64,000 nucleotides of DNA from Candidatus Poribacteria bacterium (GCA_965242965.1 OZ251518.1:448001-512000); one strand, 5' to 3'. Positions 27,026 to 37,747 are shown, counted from the stretch's first letter. Translations and numbers: made by a program. The notes: generated by a model from the sequence alone, not told the origin.

Positions 27026-27784
27026 ATGCGCGGCGATTTTGAAGCATATCTCAACGACGAATTTCGTGACGAAAACGGGAAATTGGATTTAGACGGCCTC
27101 TTGGCGTTAGAGGACGAGGCGGATATGGATGTCGCGGTAATCATGCCGAACACGCAGCCGAATCCACAAAACGCCGAACTTGGTGATGCGATTCGCGGAA
27201 ATCCACGCGCGCTTGGGTGTGCTTTGGTGCATCCGACGGAGCCGGCACCTGTTGAGCAGGTGCGGTTAGCGGCAGAAGAATGGGGCATGCGCGGTATTAA
27301 ACTGATGCCGGCGGTGCATCACTACGACGTTGACGACGAGATTGTCCGTCCGGTAGTTGAGGCGGCGCGTGCGCATGGGCTCATCGTTTCTATTCACTCG
27401 GGTCCTAATAATTGCCATCCGAATCGGATTGGCACCGTAGCAGGGTGGGTGCCGGGAACACCTGTTATCATGGATCACATGGGTTTCCCCGATGATTTGG
27501 ATGCGGCGATTAAAGTGGCGAAGGTTCACAAGAACGTCTCGCTTGGGACAACAATTCTCCGATTTCATCGGCGATGGGGGACAAATCCGGACACCGTTGT
27601 GCCGATAGAGGTAAAAAAAGCGGTTGAGGTGCTGGGTCCGGAGCAGATTGTCTTCGGTTCTAACTTGCCTGAATATCGTCCGAGCCAAGTTATCAACGCG
27701 CTCAAGCGGTTGGAGTTGGGTGATGAGGCGGAAGCCCTCATTTTCGGGGACAATCTCGCCCGGATTTATGGATTGGAAGCTTAG
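27026..27784 (+). CDS. Amidohydrolase_2-like TIM-barrel protein
   Basis: GMRGIKLMP, VSIHSG, VIMDHMG, LGPEQIVFGSNLP, IFGDNLARIY. SD AGGAGG precedes ATG 27026; the ORF-track extension is REP derived. Confidence 0.85.
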   Translation: MRGDFEAYLNDEFRDENGKLDLDGLLALEDEADMDVAVIMPNTQPNPQNAELGDAIRGNPRALGCALVHPTEPAPVEQVRLAAEEWGMRGIKLMPAVHHYDVDDEIVRPVVEAARAHGLIVSIHSGPNNCHPNRIGTVAGWVPGTPVIMDHMGFPDDLDAAIKVAKVHKNVSLGTTILRFHRRWGTNPDTVVPIEVKKAVEVLGPEQIVFGSNLPEYRPSQVINALKRLELGDEAEALIFGDNLARIYGLEA

Positions 27785-27802
27785 CGAAACGGGAGGAGCA
27801 CC

Positions 27803-28786
27803 ATGGATACCAAATGCACACAAAACTTGTCTGCTGTTACGGCGGCGTTGGATGATGTGTATCCATCTGCTGCGTCTCTAGTGGAAAAGGTGATGGCGGA
27901 TGCGCAGGCGTTGCAAGCGGCCGGCGAGACAGCGGCGGCGATTGAGAAGTGGCGTTCGCTTGCAATTCTGGTAGAAGGAGTGGCGGATGCGTTAGCGGCG
28001 CATGCATGGTTTCAGGTAGGTTCACTGCTTTCCGATGCTGGCAAACATGCCGAGGCGGTGGTGGCTTACGATAACGTTATTCGGCTGCGTTCCGATTGCG
28101 GCGAGGCGTATCTCCAGCGTGGCAAGGCAAGAAATGGGTTAGAGCAGTATGAGGCTGCCTTGGTGGACTTGGAGAGGGCCCTGTGTTTGCAGCCCGATGT
28201 TGCGGCGATTTATTCGGCGCGCGGGGTTGCCAAATCCGGTCTCGGGGAGCACGATGCTGCCATGGCAGAGCACGCGAAGGCGTTGCAGTTAACGCCGCGG
28301 TGTGCGTCGGTGTATGCGAACCGCGGCGTGTCAAACATGTATCGCGAGGAAAACGAGGCGGCGGTTGCGGATTTCGACGAGGCGATTCGTTTGGATGCGA
28401 CGCTGTCCGAGGTTTATCATCTCCGCGGGTATGTGAAGTTCTTCCTGAGTCAAGATGAGTCAGCTGTTGCCGATTATGACGAGGCGATTCGTCTCAATCC
28501 CAGGAATGCAGCGAGTTACACGAATCGCGGCTTGATAAAAAAATCGTTGGGACAGCGCAAGGCAGCGTTCGCAGACTACGAGGCGGCAATCCGTGTCGCA
28601 CCAAACTACGCGCAGCCGTATACCTACCGGGCCGAGGAAAACCTCTACTGGGGACATGAGGCAGCGGCGCGCGCGGATTTGGAAATTGCGATGGAACTGG
28701 CACGTGCAGCGGGTGATGAAGCCCATCAGGTTTATGTCACCTATCGGCTTGAGGAACTTGACGAAGCGGAGGAGGCCAACGACTGA
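27803..28786 (+). CDS. Tetratricopeptide-repeat protein, copy 1
   Basis: Repeated 34-aa TPR pattern (AY..RG......G....A.ADYDEAIRLNP); SD GGAGG. Confidence 0.9.
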   Translation: MDTKCTQNLSAVTAALDDVYPSAASLVEKVMADAQALQAAGETAAAIEKWRSLAILVEGVADALAAHAWFQVGSLLSDAGKHAEAVVAYDNVIRLRSDCGEAYLQRGKARNGLEQYEAALVDLERALCLQPDVAAIYSARGVAKSGLGEHDAAMAEHAKALQLTPRCASVYANRGVSNMYREENEAAVADFDEAIRLDATLSEVYHLRGYVKFFLSQDESAVADYDEAIRLNPRNAASYTNRGLIKKSLGQRKAAFADYEAAIRVAPNYAQPYTYRAEENLYWGHEAAARADLEIAMELARAAGDEAHQVYVTYRLEELDEAEEAND

Positions 28787-29286
28787 TGCCTGATTTTTCC
28801 AAATTCAAAAAAGTTGAACCTCGTGACATCTGGTTTCGGGAGGCACAAGACTTTACACCCTGGCTCGCCGAGAATTTGTCATGCCTCTCTGAGTCCTTGA
28901 ACCTAGAGTTGGCCTTTGAGGCGCGTGAGCAACGGGTTGGCGACTTCCGGGCAGACCTGGTGTGTCGGAACGTGATGGATAACTCCCGCGTGGTGATTGA
29001 AAACCAGTTGACGCGGTCAGACCATTCGCACCTCGGCCAAGTCCTGACATACGCAGCCGGGCTCCAAGCCATTACCGTGATTTGGGTAGCTGTAAAATTC
29101 CGGCGTGAGCATCGGGCAACGCTGGATTGGCATAATGAGATAACGGCGGAACGTTTTCGGTTTTTCGGGGTGGAACTCTATACATGGGAAAATCAGACTT
29201 CACGCTATGTAGAGTTTGCTATTGTCTCCAAACCAGAAGGTTGGATGCAGTCGGAAGGCTCTTGCCGGTACCTCATTCCGGAATAA
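28786..29286 (+). CDS. PD-(D/E)XK nuclease-like protein (NucS-like domain seen N-terminal to DUF4268), copy 1
   Basis: RDIW..EAQDFTPWLAENL, RADL, VVIENQL..SDH.HLGQVLTYAAG, IWVA..FR.EHR..LDW.N; TGATG overlap with the TPR gene. Confidence 0.8.
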   Translation: MPDFSKFKKVEPRDIWFREAQDFTPWLAENLSCLSESLNLELAFEAREQRVGDFRADLVCRNVMDNSRVVIENQLTRSDHSHLGQVLTYAAGLQAITVIWVAVKFRREHRATLDWHNEITAERFRFFGVELYTWENQTSRYVEFAIVSKPEGWMQSEGSCRYLIPE

Positions 29287-29361
29287 GGGGAGTGGACAGA
29301 AAAGTCCTGTGCAGACAAAGCTTCCGCGTAGCTGGCACTTAATGTCTATAGGAATAAAACC

Positions 29362-30360
29362 ATGGCAACGAAATCGATAGCACTTCACACGGAACAGCAT
29401 ACGCGAACCGTCGCGGCGGCATTGGGGGATGTGTCTCCATCATCCACATCATTGGTGGAGAAAGCGATGTCGGATGCGCAGGCGTTGCAAGCAGCCGGCG
29501 AGACAGCAGCGGCGATTGAGAAGTGGCGTTCGCTTGCGATTCTGGTGGAAGAGGTGGCGGATGCGTTAGCGGCGCATGCATGGTTTCAGGCCGGTTCACT
29601 ACTTTTGGAATCCGGTGATGCCGCTGCTGCAATTGCCGCTTACGACAACGCGATTCGGTTGCAGCCGGCGTGCGCAGCAGCCTATCTCCACCGCGGTCAG
29701 GCGAAAAATGCATTGGCGCGATATGATTCGGCATTAGCCGATTTAGACAAGGCACTCTGTTTGGATTCAGGGATTGCCGCGGCTTATTCCGCTCGGGGCG
29801 TTGCGCGTTCTGGGCTCGGACAGCACGAAGCCGCCCTTGCCGAGCACGAGGTTGCCTTCCAGTTAACGCCGCAGTGCGCGGAGGCCTATACGAATCGCGG
29901 TTTGTCGAAAATGCTGCAAGGCGAAGATGAGGCGGCTCTCGCTGACTTTGACGAAGCGATTCGTCTCAATCCGGAGATGTCAAAAGTCTATCATTATCGA
30001 GGTGGGTTGAAGTTCTTCCTGAGTCAACGCAAATCCGCAATCTCTGATTATGATGAGGCGATTCGGCTCAATCCCAGGAATGCAGCGAGTTATACGAATC
30101 GCGGACTCATAAAAAAATCGTTGGGACAGCGCAAGGCAGCGTTAGCAGACTACGAGGCGGCAATCCGTGTCGCACCAAACTACGCGCAGTCGTATACCTA
30201 CCGGGCCGAGGAAAACCTCTACTGGGGACATGAGGCGGCGGCGCGCGCGGATTTGGAAATTGCGATGAAACTGGCCCGTGCAGCAGGTGATGAAGCCCAT
30301 CAGGTTTATGTCGCCTATCGGCTTGAGGAACTTGACGAAACGGCGGAGGCCAACGACTGA
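29362..30360 (+). CDS. Tetratricopeptide-repeat protein, copy 2
   Basis: Paralogue of 27803-28786; near-identical N-terminal block and C-terminal third, diverged middle TPRs. Confidence 0.9.
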   Translation: MATKSIALHTEQHTRTVAAALGDVSPSSTSLVEKAMSDAQALQAAGETAAAIEKWRSLAILVEEVADALAAHAWFQAGSLLLESGDAAAAIAAYDNAIRLQPACAAAYLHRGQAKNALARYDSALADLDKALCLDSGIAAAYSARGVARSGLGQHEAALAEHEVAFQLTPQCAEAYTNRGLSKMLQGEDEAALADFDEAIRLNPEMSKVYHYRGGLKFFLSQRKSAISDYDEAIRLNPRNAASYTNRGLIKKSLGQRKAALADYEAAIRVAPNYAQSYTYRAEENLYWGHEAAARADLEIAMKLARAAGDEAHQVYVAYRLEELDETAEAND

Positions 30361-30860
30361 TGCTTGATTTTGACTCACTCAAAAAAGTTGAACCTCGTGA
30401 CATCTGGTTTCGGGAGGCACAAGACTTTACCCCCTGGCTCGCCGAAAATTTGTCATGCCTCTCCGAGTCCTTGAACCTAGAGTTGGCCTTTGAGGCGCGT
30501 GAGCAACGGGTCGGCGACTTCCGGGCAGACCTGGTGTGTAGGAACGTGGCGGATAACTCCCGCGTGGTGATTGAAAACCAGTTGACGAAGTCCGACCATG
30601 GGCACCTCGGCCAAGTCCTGACATATGCAGCCGGGATACCGGCTCTTACCGTCATTTGGGTGGCTACAGAATTCCGGCGTGAACATCGGGCAACGCTGGA
30701 TTGGCAAAACGAAATAACGGAGAAACGGTTCAGTTTTTTCGGCGTGGAACTTCAGACTTGGAGAGACTGGGCATTGCGTTATCGGGTAGAATTTTCTACT
30801 ATCGCCAAACCCCTGGGCTGGACGCAGTCGGAAGATCGGCTACTCTATCAAATTCGGTGA
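30360..30860 (+). CDS. PD-(D/E)XK nuclease-like protein, copy 2
   Basis: Paralogue of 28786-29286, same length (166 aa), diverged C-terminus; TGATG coupling. Confidence 0.8.
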   Translation: MLDFDSLKKVEPRDIWFREAQDFTPWLAENLSCLSESLNLELAFEAREQRVGDFRADLVCRNVADNSRVVIENQLTKSDHGHLGQVLTYAAGIPALTVIWVATEFRREHRATLDWQNEITEKRFSFFGVELQTWRDWALRYRVEFSTIAKPLGWTQSEDRLLYQIR

Positions 30861-30921
30861 TGAACAGAGGGCTCGCGCAAGAAGACTCGCCGGAATCTTG
30901 CCCGGCAAAAGGACAGCAGGA

Positions 30922-31998
30922 ATGAAACGGACACCACTTTATGACATTCACCGCGCGCTGAATGCTAAATGGACTGAATTCGGTGGGTGGGAGATGCCGC
31001 TCCAATATAACAGTATCGTCGCCGAACATCTCGCCGTGCGTAGCACCGCCGGCCTCTTTGACTTATCGCACATGGGGGAGATAGAGGTGCGCGGCAACGG
31101 TGCAGGCAGCTTCCTGCAGAAACTCTGCACGAATGACATCAGTCGGTTAAAAAATGGACAGGCCCAGTATACCCTCCTTTGCAACGAAGCGGGCGGCACC
31201 GTTGACGATGTCCTAGTTTACCGTTTCACTGATACGCGCTACATGGTGGTAGTGAACGCCGCCAATATTGCGAAAGATTTCGCCTGGATGAAGACTCACA
31301 ACGACACTGGGGTAGCACTCGCGGACTTGAGTGAACATACCGTCCTCATCGCGCTGCAAGGACCGGATGCAATTGAAATCCTGAATCCTTTGGTGCCTGA
31401 TGCAGATGTCTCCCAAATCCCATTCTTCCGATTTACGGAGAGTCAGATAGCCGGTATTCCTGCGGTGATTTCGCGCACTGGCTACACCGGCGAAATCGGA
31501 TTTGAGGTATACGTCACCGCCGCGCATAGCAAAGAACTCTGGCATACGCTTTATCCTGCAGTGACAGAAGCAGGTGGGATGCCTGTTGGCCTCGGCGCGC
31601 GCGATACGCTACGGCTTGAGGCAGGCCTCCGCTTATACGGCATAGACATGGACGAACAGACGACACCGCTTGAGGCAGGCCTCGTTCGCTTCGTTAAGTT
31701 GGATAAGGGGGAATTTATCGGTAGGGACGCGCTTCTCGCACAGAAAGAGCGTGGGATTGCCCGGAAATTGGTGGGGTTTCAACTGCGCGACCGGGCGGTA
31801 GCGCGAGCGGGTTACGCTGTGTATCAGCATGGCACGCGCATCGGCACGGTGACAAGCGGCGCGCCCTCGCCGAGCCTCAAACGCAGCATCGGGTTCGCGC
31901 TCATGAACGTGGTGCGTGACAAAAACGTTGATATTGAGATTCGCGGGAGACTGCATCCGGCGGAAATTGTCAAGATACCTTTTTACCGCGCAAAATGA
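30922..31998 (+). CDS. gcvT: Glycine cleavage system T protein (aminomethyltransferase)
   Basis: KRTPLY, FGGWEMPLQY, FDLSHMGE, SRTGYTGE.GFE, GLGARDTLRLEAG. Confidence 0.97.
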   Translation: MKRTPLYDIHRALNAKWTEFGGWEMPLQYNSIVAEHLAVRSTAGLFDLSHMGEIEVRGNGAGSFLQKLCTNDISRLKNGQAQYTLLCNEAGGTVDDVLVYRFTDTRYMVVVNAANIAKDFAWMKTHNDTGVALADLSEHTVLIALQGPDAIEILNPLVPDADVSQIPFFRFTESQIAGIPAVISRTGYTGEIGFEVYVTAAHSKELWHTLYPAVTEAGGMPVGLGARDTLRLEAGLRLYGIDMDEQTTPLEAGLVRFVKLDKGEFIGRDALLAQKERGIARKLVGFQLRDRAVARAGYAVYQHGTRIGTVTSGAPSPSLKRSIGFALMNVVRDKNVDIEIRGRLHPAEIVKIPFYRAK

Positions 31999-32088
31999 AT
32001 TTGACATAGGTTTTGATTTGTGTTACCCTATTAAACGCCACGCTCGGGTGGAACTTTTTCTGTCCGTGCAATATAACTAAAGAGAGGA

Positions 32089-32421
32089 GTGCTTATGATT
32101 CCCCCAATCACGCAGCTGATTATCCGCATTGAGCAGCTAGAATGGGAGCTGCGAGAGGTGAAAGAGGCGTTAGTGGAACTAGAAAGTCCGGTGCTGAAGG
32201 ACTTGACACCGGAGGAACGGTTGACTGCGCACACCGCGCGGTATCAAGCTCAAAAGGAGCGGATGCGGCCTGCGATTGAAAAAGTGCTCGGGAAACCGAA
32301 GCCTGATTCTGAACTTCCCACCGCCGAGGAACTTCAGCGGCGTTCGCTAGAAGATGGCATAAACCCAGAGGACAATGTTTTTAGCAGCCTCATTACCGAA
32401 GAACGGGAGAGGGAACGCTAG
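32089..32421 (+). CDS. Putative antitoxin (coiled-coil small protein)
   Basis: 110 aa directly upstream of, and overlapping by 1 nt, a PIN gene; ends 'FSSLITEERER', resembling VapB-like C-termini. Confidence 0.6.
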   Translation: MLMIPPITQLIIRIEQLEWELREVKEALVELESPVLKDLTPEERLTAHTARYQAQKERMRPAIEKVLGKPKPDSELPTAEELQRRSLEDGINPEDNVFSSLITEERERER

Positions 32422-32918
32422 TGAACTTTTTCTGGGTAGACGGGAATGCAGGTGTTAAACGGTATATCACGGAAGACGGGACACCGCTCATCAATTATTT
32501 CTTTGATCAGGTTCCGCTCAGCCGGATGTTTTTCTTGTTTGACGGTGCAGGCGAGGTAATCAGCGTTTTCGTCCGCCGTTACAATGACAAGACGATTACT
32601 GCAACGCGTTTTAGTGAGATTCGGCAGCAATTTGAAACCGAATTCATCCGACGTGATGAAGTTGTGTTGATATCGCCAACTGCGAATCAAATAACGGAAT
32701 CTTGGGACTTGATTGAAGCGCATTCAGTCAACTGCACCGATGCAATTATTCTGCAGTGCGCGCTGGCTCAAGCGAATGTTTTGCTGCCAAGGGGAGACGG
32801 GCTGGTACTAGTGAGCTCCGATCAGCGGCTCCTTGGTGCCGCTAGACGCGAAGGACTCCTGACATTCGATGCGGAAATCGATAGTCAAGAAGTCTTGGAT
32901 GTCCTCATCAATCAATGA
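32421..32918 (+). CDS. PIN-domain (VapC-like) toxin
   Basis: F.VD....VKRYI.EDGT, E, 'DAIIL' and 'LVSSDQRLL.AA..EGL' acidic PIN residues. Confidence 0.8.
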   Translation: MNFFWVDGNAGVKRYITEDGTPLINYFFDQVPLSRMFFLFDGAGEVISVFVRRYNDKTITATRFSEIRQQFETEFIRRDEVVLISPTANQITESWDLIEAHSVNCTDAIILQCALAQANVLLPRGDGLVLVSSDQRLLGAARREGLLTFDAEIDSQEVLDVLINQ

Positions 32919-33036
32919 ACAGTTGTCTCCTAAATCCTTTGGAGGGATTTGCCCAACTGTCCCTATATGTTTTCAAAGCGCGCTACCTTCGCTACAAGAT
33001 GAAGGAATGATGCCCTTACGAACGGGGCAATACACA

Positions 33037-33420
33037 ATGATGCCACAAAATTTGAGATACATGGAAAGCCATGAATGGGCGCGGCGGGAAGAAGATGTCG
33101 TCACTGTCGGCATTACCGACTACGCCCAGGCGGAAATTCAGGATATTGTCTACGTTGAGCTGCCCGAAGTCGGCACGCACGTCACACAGAAAACGGAGTT
33201 CGGCGTGATAGAATCTGTCAAGGCCGCGTTCGACCTTTACGCGCCTGTCAGTGGCGAGGTTATCGCTGTTAATGACACGCTTGTTGACGCGCCGGAATAT
33301 GTCAATACCTCGCCTTACGAAGATGGGTGGTTGATAAAAATCCGAACGGACGCGCCAGCGGAACTTGAGGCTCTTCTTGATGCAACTGGGTATCAAGCAC
33401 ACATTGAGGAGGAGAATTGA
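33037..33420 (+). CDS. gcvH: Glycine cleavage system H protein
   Basis: [12 protein letters not shown], lipoyl motif [18 protein letters not shown]. Confidence 0.97.
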   Translation: MMPQNLRYMESHEWARREEDVVTVGITDYAQAEIQDIVYVELPEVGTHVTQKTEFGVIESVKAAFDLYAPVSGEVIAVNDTLVDAPEYVNTSPYEDGWLIKIRTDAPAELEALLDATGYQAHIEEEN

Positions 33421-36320
33421 CGTATCAAATGACATCCCCCTTCGCAAATCGCCACATCGGCCCGCGCGCCGAAGACATCATGGAGATGTTAGCCGCCCTC
33501 GGTTACGCTTCAATGGCGGATTTTATTGACGACGTTGTGCCAGAGGATATTCGGTTCCAACCGTCTATCAAGCCCGGGAGGGTTCTCCTACCGGGGATGT
33601 CGGAATCCGAGATGCTTGCGGCGTTAAAGCGGCTCGCTGCGGATAACCGCGTCTACCGTTCCTATATCGGCACGGGTTACTATAACTGTATCGTGCCGCC
33701 GGTTATTCAACGAAACATCCTCGAAAATCCGGGGTGGTATACCCAATACACGCCTTATCAAGCGGAAATCTCGCAAGGACGGTTGGAGGCGTTGCTCAAT
33801 TTCCAGACGATGGTGATTGACTTGACAGGGCTTCCTGTCGCGAATGCCTCGCTTTTAGACGAAGCCACCGCCGCCGCTGAGGCGATGGGGATGTGTTTCG
33901 CTGCGGCACCTGCGCGTTTAAAAAGAGCCCCTACCGGTAGGACTGAGTCGGGCACCTTTTTCGTTTCGGAGACGTGTCATCCCCAGACAATCGCGGTGTT
34001 GCAGACGCGTGCCGAACCCCTCGGCATCCAATTGCGCATCGGTAACCATCGGGAAGTGGATTTCGATGAACCGATTCTCGGCGCGATTGTCCAATATCCT
34101 GCAACAGATGGAACAATTCACGACTACCGCGGCTTCGCCGAACAGGTGCATAACGCCGGGGGGTTGCTCGTTACTGCAGCAGACCTGCTTGCGTTAACAC
34201 TCCTGAAACCGCCCGGCGAATTTGGTGCTGACATTGCCATCGGTAGTGCGCAACGATTCGGCGTGCCGCTTGGCTATGGCGGCCCGCACGCGGCGTTCCT
34301 CTCAACACGTGAAGAGTTCAAACGTCGTATCCCCGGGCGCATCGCAGGCGTATCACACGATGTCACCGGGAAGCCTGCCACCCGATTAGCACTCCAGACG
34401 CGAGAACAACATATCCGCCGCGAAAAGGCGACGAGCAACATTTGCACCGCACAGGTGCTACTCGCTGTAATGGCGGGGATGTATGCTGTCTATCACGGAC
34501 AGGCGGGATTGAAGGGCATTGCGGAACGCGTTCACGCTTTAACTTGCATGCTTCGGACGGGCCTTGAGAAAGCAGGATATGCGATAGGTGATGCTCCCTA
34601 TTTTGATACGCTGTGTATTCAAACGCCTGCCGCCGAAGAAATTCACGCCGCCGCCCGCGCGAAACAGATAAATCTTCGTCCTATCGATGCAACGCACATC
34701 GGTATATCGCTGGACGAGACGACGAGAGAGGCTGATGTTGCGGAACTTCTTGAGATTTTTGGTGGCGTGCCGCAGCCTGTTGAAATTGAGAACGGTGGGG
34801 CGCGCCTACGGGGGATTCCTGAAAAATTCCAACGAAAGACACCCTACCTCACGCACCCTGTTTTCAATAGTTACCACTCTGAAACGGAGATGCTCCGGTA
34901 TATCCACAAACTCCAAGCGAAAGATCTTTCCTTAGTCAACGCGATGATTCCGCTGGGTTCATGCACGATGAAGCTCAACGCCACGGCGGAGATGGTGCCG
35001 GTGACATGGCCGGCATTCAGCGATATTCACCCGTTTGTCCCGGCAAAACAGGCAAAAGGGTATCACGCCTTGTTTGAACAGTTGGAGGCATGGTTGGTAG
35101 AGATAACCGGCTATAGTGGTATCTCCTTGCAACCGAATGCCGGTTCGCAGGGAGAATACGCCGGTCTGCTCGTTATCCGTAAGTATCACCACAGTCGAGG
35201 CGAGGCGCATCGGAACGTCTGCTTAATTCCCACTTCTGCGCACGGCACAAATCCTGCGAGTGCTGTCATGGCAGGGATGCAAGTTGTCGTTGTGGCGTGC
35301 GATGCGGCAGGCAACGTTGATTTAGCCGACTTGCGCGAGAAGGCGGAAACGTATCGCGAAACGCTTGCCGCCGCCATGCTCACCTATCCCTCAACGCACG
35401 GTGTGTTTGAAAAAGAGATTCGCGAAATATGCGATATTGTGCATCGTGCGGGTGGGCAAGTCTACATGGACGGTGCGAATCTCAACGCGCTTGTCGGGCT
35501 CAGCCGGCCTGCGGATATCGGTACCGATGTGTGTCATCTCAATCTGCATAAAACGTTTTGCATCCCGCACGGTGGTGGAGGTCCGGGGATGGGCCCCATC
35601 GGTGTAAAGGCGCATCTCGTTGACTTTTTACCGACGCATCCGATTGTTTCAATGCGAAGTGATGCGTCTCAGGCGATAGGCCCCGTTTCAGCGGCACCGT
35701 GGGGGAGTCCCGGTATCCTCCCGATTTCTTGGGCGTATATCGCCATGATGGGAGCAGATGGCCTGAAATCTGCGACAGAGGTGGCTATTCTCAACGCTAA
35801 CTACATTGCGAAGCGGTTGGTGGGGCACTATCCTATCCTCTATACTGCGGAGAATGGCCGCGTCGCGCACGAGTGCATCATTGATGTTCGCGATTTTAAG
35901 AAAACGGCAAATGTTGACGTAACCGATGTCGCCAAACGACTGATGGACTATGGATTTCACGCCCCCACTGTTTCGTGGCCCGTGCCTGGGACAATGATGA
36001 TTGAACCGACAGAGAGCGAATCTCTCGCGGAACTTGAACGGTTTTGTGACGCGCTCATTTCTATCCGCGAAGAGATTGCAGAGATTGAGAGTGGTGCTGC
36101 GGATAGGCAAGACAACGTCCTCAAAAACGCGCCGCACACAGTAGATGCGGTGACACAGACAGTTTGGCAGCATGCTTACACGCGCGAGGCTGCCGCTTTT
36201 CCAAAGCCGTGGGTGCGCGAGCATAAATTTTGGCCGGCTGTTGCCCGGATTAACGAAGTTCACGGCGACAGAAATCTGGTTTGTGCTTGTCCGCCGCTGA
36301 GTGCATATTCGGGGACGTAG
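33417..36320 (+). CDS. gcvP: Glycine dehydrogenase (decarboxylating), P protein
   Basis: [53 protein letters not shown]. Confidence 0.98.
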   Translation: MTYQMTSPFANRHIGPRAEDIMEMLAALGYASMADFIDDVVPEDIRFQPSIKPGRVLLPGMSESEMLAALKRLAADNRVYRSYIGTGYYNCIVPPVIQRNILENPGWYTQYTPYQAEISQGRLEALLNFQTMVIDLTGLPVANASLLDEATAAAEAMGMCFAAAPARLKRAPTGRTESGTFFVSETCHPQTIAVLQTRAEPLGIQLRIGNHREVDFDEPILGAIVQYPATDGTIHDYRGFAEQVHNAGGLLVTAADLLALTLLKPPGEFGADIAIGSAQRFGVPLGYGGPHAAFLSTREEFKRRIPGRIAGVSHDVTGKPATRLALQTREQHIRREKATSNICTAQVLLAVMAGMYAVYHGQAGLKGIAERVHALTCMLRTGLEKAGYAIGDAPYFDTLCIQTPAAEEIHAAARAKQINLRPIDATHIGISLDETTREADVAELLEIFGGVPQPVEIENGGARLRGIPEKFQRKTPYLTHPVFNSYHSETEMLRYIHKLQAKDLSLVNAMIPLGSCTMKLNATAEMVPVTWPAFSDIHPFVPAKQAKGYHALFEQLEAWLVEITGYSGISLQPNAGSQGEYAGLLVIRKYHHSRGEAHRNVCLIPTSAHGTNPASAVMAGMQVVVVACDAAGNVDLADLREKAETYRETLAAAMLTYPSTHGVFEKEIREICDIVHRAGGQVYMDGANLNALVGLSRPADIGTDVCHLNLHKTFCIPHGGGGPGMGPIGVKAHLVDFLPTHPIVSMRSDASQAIGPVSAAPWGSPGILPISWAYIAMMGADGLKSATEVAILNANYIAKRLVGHYPILYTAENGRVAHECIIDVRDFKKTANVDVTDVAKRLMDYGFHAPTVSWPVPGTMMIEPTESESLAELERFCDALISIREEIAEIESGAADRQDNVLKNAPHTVDAVTQTVWQHAYTREAAAFPKPWVREHKFWPAVARINEVHGDRNLVCACPPLSAYSGT

Positions 36321-36340
36321 GGAGAGAGGTGTCATGGCTT

Positions 36341-37747
36341 ATGAAGGCAATAATTATCGGGGCGGGAGAAGTTGGATTTCATACCGCCCAACTATTAACG
36401 CGTGAAGAACACGATGTCGTGTTGATTGACGAATCCGAGGAAGCGTGCGAGCGAGTGAACGAGCAGTTGGACATGCAGACGCTTTGCGGTTCAGGTGCGT
36501 CGCCGCGCCTCATTGATGCTGCGGGGATTGATGAGGCAGAGCTGCTCATCGCGGTTACCAACGTGGATGAGATTAACATGCTGGCATGCCAGATAGCGAG
36601 TCTCCATACGGACTGTATTAAGATTGCGCGCGTCTCCAATCCGGACTATTTCATTCCCGGGAGTGGGCTTGAGCCCAAGGATTTTGGCATCGATTTGCTG
36701 GTGAATCCGGAGCAGTTGTGCGCCGCTGAATTTGTCCGATTGCTCAAGACACCCGAAGCGCGCGAGATTGTTGAATTTGAGAGTGGCAAAGTCCAACTCG
36801 TCTCTTTTCGCGTGAGGCAGTCAAACCCGTTTATCGGCACATCGCTTGCGGCATTAGACGAAAAAGGGCTCTTGGCAGACATTCGTTTTGCCGCCATTAA
36901 CCGCCGGAAGCGTACCAGCGAAAGACAGCATCCGGGGGAAGCGTCGCGGTATATTATTATCCCGCGCGGCACAGATGTCTTGCAACAAGGCGATGATGTA
37001 TTTGTGATTGGGAGTGCTGTCGCGGTGGAGCAGCTGCTCCGTCTCAGCGGCATCATGTTTAACGAGCACCTGGAGCGCGTTATCATCGCTGGCGCGAGCC
37101 CTATCGGTATCCAACTCGCTCGGGCTTTAGAGGAAAACGGCACGAATGTCAAACTGATTGAGGCAAACCAGGCGCGCGCTGAAGTGGCATCGCAGCTCTT
37201 GAAGCGCACCACCGTCTTGCACGGCGACTACCTTCAATTTCGGCTCCTTGAAGAAGCCGGCGTGACAGAGGTGAACGGCTTTGTTTCTGTCACCGGTGAC
37301 GATGAAGACGACATTATGGCGTGCATGACAGCAAAGGAGCACGGTGCGCAGCGCGTCCTCGCGCTTATCCAGCAGCCGCACTATCTGCCGCTGTTAGCGC
37401 GGATTCCGAGGCTTGATGGTGTAGTGAGTCGGCATCTTGCTGTCGTGAGTAATATCCTCCGCCTCATCCGCCGCGGTCAGATTATTTCTGTCGCCTCGCT
37501 CCATGGGATAGAAGCGGAGGTGATTGAAATTGTGGCGGGAGTCAACGCTAAAATTGTCCATAAAGAGCTCTCTTCGTTCAAAAAGAAATTTCCGCAGGAT
37601 GCCGTCATCGGTGCCGTTATTCGGCGTGAGAAACTCATTATTCCCACCGGGGCGAGCGTCATCCAACCGGCAGACAAGGTGATTGTGTTTAGCAGGCCGA
37701 AAGCGATACCGGTTGTCGAAGATCTGTTCGCAGAACGTAGGAATTAG
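36341..37747 (+). CDS. trkA: Trk system potassium uptake protein TrkA
   Basis: IIIGAGEVG Rossmann start, two RCK N/C pairs; adjacent to trkH. Confidence 0.93.
   Translation: MKAIIIGAGEVGFHTAQLLTREEHDVVLIDESEEACERVNEQLDMQTLCGSGASPRLIDAAGIDEAELLIAVTNVDEINMLACQIASLHTDCIKIARVSNPDYFIPGSGLEPKDFGIDLLVNPEQLCAAEFVRLLKTPEAREIVEFESGKVQLVSFRVRQSNPFIGTSLAALDEKGLLADIRFAAINRRKRTSERQHPGEASRYIIIPRGTDVLQQGDDVFVIGSAVAVEQLLRLSGIMFNEHLERVIIAGASPIGIQLARALEENGTNVKLIEANQARAEVASQLLKRTTVLHGDYLQFRLLEEAGVTEVNGFVSVTGDDEDDIMACMTAKEHGAQRVLALIQQPHYLPLLARIPRLDGVVSRHLAVVSNILRLIRRGQIISVASLHGIEAEVIEIVAGVNAKIVHKELSSFKKKFPQDAVIGAVIRREKLIIPTGASVIQPADKVIVFSRPKAIPVVEDLFAERRN

Noticed and set aside
23820-30860. Tandem duplicates as assembly artefacts
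   Set aside because: The copies differ by many synonymous changes and by whole divergent segments, which a collapsed or duplicated contig would not produce.
23820-30860. Diversity-generating retroelement or invertible shufflon behind the variable regions
   Set aside because: No reverse transcriptase or recombinase gene is in the window, differences are not adenine-specific, and no inverted recombination sites were seen.
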